Shown in pieces: positions 57,177 to 64,000 of a stretch of 64,000 nucleotides of DNA (position 1 is its first letter; every line of letters begins with the position of its first letter). This stretch comes from Candidatus Parvarchaeota archaeon (GTDB lineage Archaea; Nanobdellota; Nanobdellia; WJKC01). Both the position numbers and the translations under genes were made by a program. Below the pieces are notes generated by a model. That model was not told the DNA's origin, did not search any database, and saw only the letters and a list, made by a program, of their open reading frames with translations. The stretch lies in NCBI GenBank assembly GCA_030615175.1, contig JAUWZX010000001.1, positions 282,029 through 346,028 on the forward strand, written 5' to 3'.

Positions 57177-57447
57177 AAGTTATTTTATAAACAATGTCGC
57201 CTTCTTGTACTTCTTCATTAACTTTTAGTCCTATAACTTTTTTACTGCCAGCTGTTTTAACGTTTTTATAATTTATCTGCATTGACTTAATTTTTTGCGT
57301 GAAGTCAGTTAATTTCTTCTTATTTGGTTGTGGCATGCTCTTTATGCGTACTTCATCATCAATCTTTAATGTATTACTTAATTCAATAAGTGCAACACTT
57401 ATTTTATCATAGTAGTGCACTGCTTTTCCAATTTTTTTTTCCGCCAT
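57175..57447 (-). CDS. Small beta-barrel protein (EF-Tu domain II / U32 peptidase C-terminal-like)
   Basis: IGKAVHYYDKISVA; FTQKIKSMQI; IGLKV...EGDIVYK. Confidence 0.75.
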   Translation of the reverse strand: MAEKKIGKAVHYYDKISVALIELSNTLKIDDEVRIKSMPQPNKKKLTDFTQKIKSMQINYKNVKTAGSKKVIGLKVNEEVQEGDIVYKIT

Positions 57448-57595
57448 TTTTCACCCCCCCACCGTTTTTTTAATAAATTTTTGCTTATAAACCTTAGCAA
57501 TTGTTAAATTAATACTTTAGCTTGCTTCTCATGAAAAACAAGGATTTAATGAGTTAAGAAAATATTTAATAAAGAGAAATCACTATTATTAATTA

Positions 57596-57904
57596 ATGCC
57601 TAAGAAAACATGGATTACTACTGTATTGGATGATGAAATATTATCATACTTAAAAGGTATTGAGAGGGAAACAGGGTTCCCTGTAAATTCTCAAATAGAA
57701 ATGATGCTTAAAGAGTATTATATCTTGAAACTTGATGACATTAAGAAAATATCTAAGACTTTAGATAGTGAAGATTTAATATCTGAAATGGAGAGTGTCA
57801 GAGAGGAAGTTGGCATACCAGTAAGTTCTCAAATGGAAATGATGCTTAAAGGGTATTATATTAAAAAAGTAATGGATTTTAAAGAATTATATTACGCGAA
57901 GTAA
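57596..57904 (+). CDS. Internally duplicated small protein, possibly ribbon-helix-helix-like
   Basis: ETGFPVNSQIEMMLKEYYI and EVGIPVSSQMEMMLKGYYI. Confidence 0.65.
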   Translation: MPKKTWITTVLDDEILSYLKGIERETGFPVNSQIEMMLKEYYILKLDDIKKISKTLDSEDLISEMESVREEVGIPVSSQMEMMLKGYYIKKVMDFKELYYAK

Positions 57905-58647
57905 TAATAAATCATGTAGCCTCCAAGAATTAATAATAACACTCCTGTTGCGAGTTTCATGTAATTCTTTCTCTTATCCTTCCATGCCCTGACTCTTTCT
58001 AACTTGAATCCGAATAATATGCCGAATAATATTATTAATAATGGAAGAACGAACATTAAGTTGTAGATTAATAAGTAGTTAATTGCAATTAATTGAGTTG
58101 CCTGCTTTGAAAGTAATGCAAGTATTACTATGTAAACGCTCCCAGTGCACGGGAACTCGAAGAGTGATACAAGGAATCCGAGTATTATTGCTCCTAGAAC
58201 ATTTGCTTTCTTACCCCATTTACTAATCATTCCTTTAGCTCTTTTTGGAATACTAAGGGTGATGCCCTTGCCGTAATTAAAGAATTCCTTAACATTAATA
58301 GTTCCCGCAGTTAAAGCAACTATTCCAGCGATTAAGTAGAAAGTGCTTGAAATAAATGGCAGTTGAATTATTGATAAGATGCCGATGCCTATTAGGAAGT
58401 AACTTATGTAAATGCTTCCAATATAAGCTAGTCCAGCCTTAAGCATGAGCTTCTTATGATTTGATATGCTGAGCAAATAACTAATCAGGAATATTAGCAC
58501 TGCAAAAGCGCAAGGGTTAATCCCATCAATTAATCCAGTGATTAATACTAAAGGCAGTGAAATCCTGCCAAGCAAGTCCTCCTGGCATAAGCCGGCGCTA
58601 ATAACTAACAGGCTTAAAATGATTAATGCCTTCTTCAAATTCATCAC
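57892..58647 (-). CDS. CcdA/DsbD-type transmembrane disulfide transporter
   Basis: DGINPCAF and EFPCTG..Y motifs; multiple TM helices. Confidence 0.88.
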   Translation of the reverse strand: MMNLKKALIILSLLVISAGLCQEDLLGRISLPLVLITGLIDGINPCAFAVLIFLISYLLSISNHKKLMLKAGLAYIGSIYISYFLIGIGILSIIQLPFISSTFYLIAGIVALTAGTINVKEFFNYGKGITLSIPKRAKGMISKWGKKANVLGAIILGFLVSLFEFPCTGSVYIVILALLSKQATQLIAINYLLIYNLMFVLPLLIILFGILFGFKLERVRAWKDKRKNYMKLATGVLLLILGGYMIYYYFA

Positions 58648-58991
58648 GCGTACTCTTCAATTATTTCTATTAATTCATTTGCGCTTAACTCGCCAATGAC
58701 TGGGTAATCATTAATTATCATTGCCGGCACCCCTGATAACCCGTTAGCAATTGCTAGTTCAGGGTGCTCTCTTATATTAATTTTTTCAACATTAACTCCT
58801 TTACTGATTAATTCATTAACCATTGGTTCCATCTTATGGCAGTGGTCGCAGTTCGGCTGCCAGAAGTAAGTGATTTTAAGATTGTCAGGGAAAGTATAGT
58901 TAGGGAAGTATTCTGTTCCACCCTGCATCATGGAGATTAGAGTAATAATTACTATTAGTACAGGGATGAGCAAGTAAATTTTTTTGTTCAT
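58644..58991 (-). CDS. Membrane-anchored thioredoxin-like protein
   Basis: N-terminal TM helix; CDHC; GVPA cis-Pro loop. Confidence 0.85.
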   Translation of the reverse strand: MNKKIYLLIPVLIVIITLISMMQGGTEYFPNYTFPDNLKITYFWQPNCDHCHKMEPMVNELISKGVNVEKINIREHPELAIANGLSGVPAMIINDYPVIGELSANELIEIIEEYA

Positions 58992-59076
58992 AACTTAAGA
59001 ATAATGATTTGTGTTTATAAATCTTTTCTACATTACAATAATTTTTTTATAATCAATTAAGATTTAACGGTTATGA

Positions 59077-59781
59077 ATGCATTATAGTGAATGGTCGCTT
59101 AATAAATGGCAAGGAATGTTTAATGAGATTTATGAAGACCGGAATAGAGAGTTAACTGATGGAGGGCTTTGGCTTCAAGTATATGAAAAGGCAGGCAAGC
59201 TTGCAGAGGATTTAAGAAAGCAGTATATTATTCCAAGGAATGATGGTGAAGGAAGATTAACAGGCATCCTGGTTAATATTGCAGACGTGTTCGCGTGGTT
59301 TTGCGCGTTCACTGGCAGGTATGGCTCTCTTGAAGAAATAATTTGGAATAAATTCCCAAACGCTTGCCCATACTGCATGGAAGAAAGCGGGTGTATCTGT
59401 ATAAGAGAGAAGCATGTTATGAATAAGGAAGAGCGGGAAAGAATGATTGAATTACGCAGAAAAAACATGGAAGTGCGTCCTAAAAATTTATATGAATGTC
59501 AACAAATGCTTGGCAGGATTTACGGGAAAGCGAATAAAACGCAAACCATTGAGCAGATTGGTTATCACTTATTTGAAGAAATGGGCGAGGTCGCTGAAGC
59601 ACTTAGTCATAAAAATAAAGTTAAGATAAGAGATGAATTGGCTGACGTGTTTGCTTGGGTTATCGGCTTAACCATTAAGTGCGGTGATGTAATTAATGAA
59701 GATTACAGGTTAGATGATATAACCTGGAGCAGGTATCCTGGAAGGTGCGCTCATTGCAATTCAAAGCCTTGTCTTTGCTGA
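59077..59781 (+). CDS. Tandem MazG-like NTP pyrophosphohydrolase with Cys motifs
   Basis: EEMGEVAEAL...DELADVFAW in domain 2; degenerate copy in domain 1; each ends CxxC...CxC. Confidence 0.85.
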   Translation: MHYSEWSLNKWQGMFNEIYEDRNRELTDGGLWLQVYEKAGKLAEDLRKQYIIPRNDGEGRLTGILVNIADVFAWFCAFTGRYGSLEEIIWNKFPNACPYCMEESGCICIREKHVMNKEERERMIELRRKNMEVRPKNLYECQQMLGRIYGKANKTQTIEQIGYHLFEEMGEVAEALSHKNKVKIRDELADVFAWVIGLTIKCGDVINEDYRLDDITWSRYPGRCAHCNSKPCLC

Positions 59782-61689
59782 TTAAAACCACTTAATCACG
59801 TCATTAATGCCTTTAAGCATTTCTGAGAAGTAATTTCTTAACGCGATTTCAGGGTCTTTTTTGAATTCGTCAAGTAGTTTAAGTAATTCAGGACTCTTGC
59901 CGAATTCTTTGCTGGCTTCTTTATAAAAATTAATTATTACGTCTTTAGTTCTTCTTGTTTCATAAAAAGTAGGGTATGCTTTTGCCTTGGCAGAGTAATT
60001 CATTAAACCCTGCAGTAATTTCTTGCAGTGCTCATAATAATTAATGTTTAATCCTAAGCCTTCATTAATTAATTTAGGAATTATTTTTTCAGCCCACTTC
60101 CTGTGAAACCTGCAGATGCCTGTATTCTCTGAGTATAATTCGTAAATGAATCTTTCAGCAGACATTTTCCCTAACTCGCGCGGAGGGTGGAATTCCTTGC
60201 CATAATAAGTTAAGAACTTGCCCATCATTGGTAATGGAACGTAGAAGCCTGGAACCCAGTACTCTGCAGGCGCTATGCATCCATTTCGCCCGAATGGTAT
60301 GTAATTAGCCAGGTCAGTGATGTTAATACCATAATCTTTCTTTAATTTCTTAACACCAACTCTTATTCCTTGCTTGAAAACGTTTAATGGTTTTTCTCCA
60401 TTATTAATCATGCGTGCAATCTTAATGCCTGCTCTTGAATGAATTCTTGAGTCACTTAACTTAACTTTCTTTAAGTCATAATTAATTTCTTTAACCCCTA
60501 TAATTTCCTTATTAATTAATCCCTTGCTGACTGCTTCAAGTATTAGGCTTATGATGTTGCCGAATTCTATTGCGCAGTAACCTAGTTCTTCAAGTTCACT
60601 TTCCAAGGCTTCAGCATGCCTTTGGTCAAATACTCCTGCATTAGGACCGCATGACTCGTAAGGTTCGTAATCTTTTTTATAATTCTTATAAACCTTCTTG
60701 CATCTTGCAGGGCATGCTTCACCGCAAGTCTTGAAACCTCTGGGCTTGATTATTTCATCATTCCACTGCTTTAAGTAATGATTCTTAACTAGCTTGTCAT
60801 AAATTCTTTGCCTCACAGCCTTTGAAGTATTTACTGACTGCCAGTTAAGCATTGGAAGCCAGGCGCCCAGCGTTGTCATGTTAACCCCGAAAGTGCCTCC
60901 AGTTCCTAAGTTCTTCACGAATAAGTATTTCTCAACTGCCTTTAGTACTGATTGATTCATTGACTTGCCAAGAACTCTGTTGAATAATTCGTTAATCACT
61001 TTAATGTCTTTAAAATTCTTTTTGAAAATTCTTTCATCCCTGTTCCCGCCGTAAATTATTGCAGCAACATTATGGGCTTGAGCCATTATCGAGCCTAAGC
61101 CGCCGCTGCCTGCTACTCCTTCAGCGCCCCAGTCAAATTCATCACCCTTAATGACTACTCCTTTAATGAATCCAATACTAGTGTTAAACGCTGCAGGACC
61201 AGCGACTAGTATTCTCCATTTTAAGCCTTTGAACTCTTTTTTATACTTATTTAGTAATGATTTCATGAATTTGGTTGTGCCTTGATTCACTGATTCATTG
61301 CTTACGTAATCAATTCTTGCATTTAATTCGCCGTCGTTCTTTATTATTATAACGCACGGCTTCTTTGCCTTCCCTGTTATGTTTATGAATTCTAAACCTG
61401 CTTTGTATAATTCAATTGCTGCGCCGCCCAGCGTGCTCGCGAATAAGGTTTTAGTTAATGGTGATTTCGCGACGAATATTAAGCGGTAAGTGCCTGGGAT
61501 TAATGTGCCTGTTATTGGCCCCCCGCCAATGCACAAGCAGTTTTCAGGGTTGTAAGGGTCTTTATTGTATGTCTTATTCTTGTTATGCCTGTATAATGCG
61601 TAGTCAAGGAATCCTAAGTGTTTTGCATGATTAATCTTTTTTTTGGTAAATTTATTATTATTTAAATTAATTATTAAGGAGTTCATCAT
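59782..61689 (-). CDS. gor: Glyceraldehyde-3-phosphate:ferredoxin oxidoreductase (tungsten AOR family)
   Basis: STLGGA; VAGPAA; TGGTFGVN; TCGEACPARCKK..YKKDYEPY..GPNAG; YWVPG..PLP..GK; GICRFHRKW. Confidence 0.85.
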   Translation of the reverse strand: MMNSLIINLNNNKFTKKKINHAKHLGFLDYALYRHNKNKTYNKDPYNPENCLCIGGGPITGTLIPGTYRLIFVAKSPLTKTLFASTLGGAAIELYKAGLEFINITGKAKKPCVIIIKNDGELNARIDYVSNESVNQGTTKFMKSLLNKYKKEFKGLKWRILVAGPAAFNTSIGFIKGVVIKGDEFDWGAEGVAGSGGLGSIMAQAHNVAAIIYGGNRDERIFKKNFKDIKVINELFNRVLGKSMNQSVLKAVEKYLFVKNLGTGGTFGVNMTTLGAWLPMLNWQSVNTSKAVRQRIYDKLVKNHYLKQWNDEIIKPRGFKTCGEACPARCKKVYKNYKKDYEPYESCGPNAGVFDQRHAEALESELEELGYCAIEFGNIISLILEAVSKGLINKEIIGVKEINYDLKKVKLSDSRIHSRAGIKIARMINNGEKPLNVFKQGIRVGVKKLKKDYGINITDLANYIPFGRNGCIAPAEYWVPGFYVPLPMMGKFLTYYGKEFHPPRELGKMSAERFIYELYSENTGICRFHRKWAEKIIPKLINEGLGLNINYYEHCKKLLQGLMNYSAKAKAYPTFYETRRTKDVIINFYKEASKEFGKSPELLKLLDEFKKDPEIALRNYFSEMLKGINDVIKWF

Positions 61690-62021
61690 TATTTTTTAAA
61701 ACCAAGTTGTATTTTCTTCAACTTATTCTTGATTATTGCTATACTGAATACCAGAATTGAAGCCATTAATGCAAACATTTTATTAATTATTATTGAAATT
61801 TCAGGTACTTCTTGTTCTGATAGTCTTGCAGATATCATTGTTAATTCACTGAACTCGGAGAACAGCATGAGGATGCAGAATGATATTAAGCCAAGAATTA
61901 ATAATTCAATGATGTATTCTTTTATTTTAAGAGCTAGCGCGCTTAATTGAAGAGTGATTATTAAGATAGCGAATATTGAGAAGAATTGCATGAAGAACTC
62001 AATGTAGATGATGGCTGTCAT
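61689..62021 (-). CDS. Small ~3-TM protein, module gene B copy
   Basis: Paralog of 55430..55744. Confidence 0.7.
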   Translation of the reverse strand: MTAIIYIEFFMQFFSIFAILIITLQLSALALKIKEYIIELLILGLISFCILMLFSEFSELTMISARLSEQEVPEISIIINKMFALMASILVFSIAIIKNKLKKIQLGFKK

Positions 62022-62323
62022 TTCTTATTCGTCACCTCTAAGTAATTGAATAGTGAGAGTAGGATTATGATTAATCCTAATAATTTAATGATGCTATTAA
62101 TTGAGTATAAGGGTATGTTAAGGTTTAGTAGTGAGTAAATAAAATTGCTTAATTCATATAAGCCAATCACTGCAATGCCTGCACTAATTTTCTTTATTAA
62201 TTCAATGTTATGTGGTTTAAGGGCTTTTTTCCATAATCTTAAAATAATTGCTGCAGAAAGTAGTAATGTAGTGGTTATTCCTTCAATTAATATTGTTATC
62301 ATTATTGGAATTATTAAACTCAT
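62018..62323 (-). CDS. Small ~3-TM protein, module gene A copy (start 62323 or 62302)
   Basis: Paralog of 55149..55433; the longer ORF-track start overlaps the upstream gene. Confidence 0.7.
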   Translation of the reverse strand: MSLIIPIMITILIEGITTTLLLSAAIILRLWKKALKPHNIELIKKISAGIAVIGLYELSNFIYSLLNLNIPLYSINSIIKLLGLIIILLSLFNYLEVTNKK

Positions 62324-62330
62324 TAGAAAT

Positions 62331-62786
62331 TTATAAGTCTTCGTAATTCCCTTCGCAAGTGCCTGTTTTTGATTGTTCAATGCCTGCTGAGTCCATGTAA
62401 TTTATTGTGCACGCGTAATTGTATGTTTCGCCAGTGATTCCTCTTAATTCATTCGTACATGTTGTGTTGCTGTAAATCTTGTAATTCTGCCCTATTGCTT
62501 CGTCTTTCATGAATACCCAGCAAGTATTAATTGCTGTTGTAATGCTCAGGTTGCGTGCAATGATTTCCTCGTTTTGGCTTTTAATGCTTGCTTGAATTAT
62601 TCCTTTATTATTTATTGAGTATTTTAATTCAATATCTTCAAGCAAGGCATTTATCTTCGTTGTTGTTTTGGATGTTATGTTAAAATTGAATATTCCGAAT
62701 CCTCCCATTTCTCCAATTATTATTAATCCTGTTAGTATTATTATTCCTAGAATGATTATGTATTCAATTGTTCCTAATCCTTTCAT
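62331..62786 (-). CDS. Pilin-like protein with class III signal peptide
   Basis: MKG-LGTIEYIIILGIII with E at +5. Confidence 0.7.
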   Translation of the reverse strand: MKGLGTIEYIIILGIIILTGLIIIGEMGGFGIFNFNITSKTTTKINALLEDIELKYSINNKGIIQASIKSQNEEIIARNLSITTAINTCWVFMKDEAIGQNYKIYSNTTCTNELRGITGETYNYACTINYMDSAGIEQSKTGTCEGNYEDL

Positions 62787-62812
62787 ATTATTTGGTTAAT
62801 CCTTTATCTTTT

Positions 62813-63328
62813 TTATTTCTTGCTAACAAGCGGATTGTCTTTTATGTAGAATCTGTATGGTAATCCTTCTCCTTGACTGAGACCTATTCTTGTTGTCTGT
62901 ATTATTTCTTCTGGCTTTATTCCTTTTTCAATCCATAATTCATTACTTGTTAAACTCATGCCGTTATGCTTTCTTGTTATGCCTAATGCTTTTGTTACGA
63001 GTCCTGGACCATTTGTTTTTCCTTTAATCCCTTTGACTGGTTCCACTGCTCTTATTAGTACTGCGCTTGGCACTCCTTCCTTGTCAGTTACTATGTTCAT
63101 TAATTCATGCATGCCGTAGCATAAGTAAATGTATAATACTCCTCCTTCATCATACATGACTGCGTTCCTTTTAGTCTTCTTCTTATACGCGTGGCTGCCA
63201 GGGTCACTTATTGTGTATGCTTCTGTTTCAATAATAATGGCCTCCCTACCATTGTAGCATATCTTTTTGCCTAGCAGTTCTTTTGCAACTATTATCGCGT
63301 CACGAGTGTAGAATGATTTATCAAGCAT
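62813..63328 (-). CDS. mpg: 3-methyladenine DNA glycosylase (MPG/AAG)
   Basis: IIETEAY; DPGSHA; YIYLCYGMH; AVLIRAVEP; NGPG; RIG. Confidence 0.93.
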   Translation of the reverse strand: MLDKSFYTRDAIIVAKELLGKKICYNGREAIIIETEAYTISDPGSHAYKKKTKRNAVMYDEGGVLYIYLCYGMHELMNIVTDKEGVPSAVLIRAVEPVKGIKGKTNGPGLVTKALGITRKHNGMSLTSNELWIEKGIKPEEIIQTTRIGLSQGEGLPYRFYIKDNPLVSKK

Positions 63329-63354
63329 TAGTGTTAATGAATTCTAAGCCCTTT

Positions 63355-64000
63355 TTATTCTTTTTCTAAGTTTTTCGGCATTTTTTTCCCTGCTTTCTCG
63401 TATGCCTCTATTGCGTCATATACCAATCCTTTTTCTAGTAGTTTGTTGCCGCATTTTATTAATCCTTGTTCGTTTCCTGCTTTTTCATATAATTTTATTG
63501 CGTTATCTATCCGTCCTTTTCTTAGTAGTTTGTTTCCGCATTTTATTAGTCCTTGTTTGTTTCCTGCTTTTTCATATGCTAGAATAGCGTTGTTTATCCT
63601 TCCTTCTTCCAGTGCTTTTTCTCCGCATTCTGTTAGTCCCTGTTTGTTTCCTGCTTTATCGTATGCTTTTATCGCGTCATCTATCCTTCCTTCTTCCAGT
63701 GCTTTTTCTCCGCATTCTATTAGTCCTTGTTTGTTTCCTGCTTTCCTATATACCTTTATTGCGTCATGTACCAATCCTTTGTCCAGTAATTTGTTTCCGA
63801 GCGTTATTAATTCTTCTTTCCCTGCTTTATCATACGCCCTTATTGCTCTGTATGTCTGTCCTTTTTCCAGTGCTTTGTTTCCGCATTCTATTAGTCCTTG
63901 TTTGTTTTCTGCTTTCCCGTATGCCATTATTGCATCCTTTATCAATCCTTCTTCCAGTGCTTTGTCTCCGCATTCTATTAATCCTTTTTTGTTTCCTACT
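63355..64000 (-). CDS. Helical repeat protein with 29-aa (87-bp) tandem repeats; 5' end outside the window
   Basis: GNKQGLIECGEKALEEGRIDDAIKAYDKA repeated about 7 times; frame stays open to the window edge. Confidence 0.85.
   Translation of the reverse strand, partial: VGNKKGLIECGDKALEEGLIKDAIMAYGKAENKQGLIECGNKALEKGQTYRAIRAYDKAGKEELITLGNKLLDKGLVHDAIKVYRKAGNKQGLIECGEKALEEGRIDDAIKAYDKAGNKQGLTECGEKALEEGRINNAILAYEKAGNKQGLIKCGNKLLRKGRIDNAIKLYEKAGNEQGLIKCGNKLLEKGLVYDAIEAYEKAGKKMPKNLEKE

Noticed and set aside
1765-63587. Many short ORFs antisense to or nested within long genes (e.g. 1765..2121, 22960..23346, 37802..38257, 42142..42813)
   Set aside because: Shadow ORFs of well-supported genes, with Ser/Leu/Ile/Phe-biased composition and no motifs

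Overview
AT-rich, gene-dense archaeal chromosome segment. The short core proteins, type IV pilus locus and tRNA-Ile(UAU) suggest a DPANN/Nanoarchaeota-like lineage (inference). In order it holds: (1) a ~12.6 kb envelope-modification cluster (4 GT4 glycosyltransferases, 4 SAM methyltransferases, 3 radical SAM enzymes including a B12-binding one, UbiA prenyltransferase, LbH acyltransferase) with tRNA-Glu, tRNA-Ile(UAU) and tRNA-Asn; (2) informational genes (topo VI A/B, KH, RIO1, aIF1A, aIF2beta, RPA, MCM, TBP, IleRS, RFC); (3) a type IV pilus-like operon; (4) thermosome, fibrillarin, Nop5, RpoL, TFS, PCNA; (5) an anaerobic metabolism/redox region (2-hydroxyacyl-CoA dehydratase plus activator, superoxide reductase, PGI, TrxR, rubredoxin-like protein, ferredoxin, CcdA/Trx, GAPOR). 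The most notable observation is a candidate 84-nt bulge-helix-bulge (BHB)-like mRNA intron in the nop5/fibrillarin overlap whose removal would normalise both proteins. Also notable: a double-intron tRNA-Ile(UAU); a FeoA gene flanked by a perfect 19-bp duplication of the aIF1A 3' end; a duplicated tRNA promoter in front of a GC-rich hairpin; tandem pilins with near-identical ends; and a duplicated two-gene membrane module bracketing the redox genes. All calls come from reading motifs by eye; no database searches were run.
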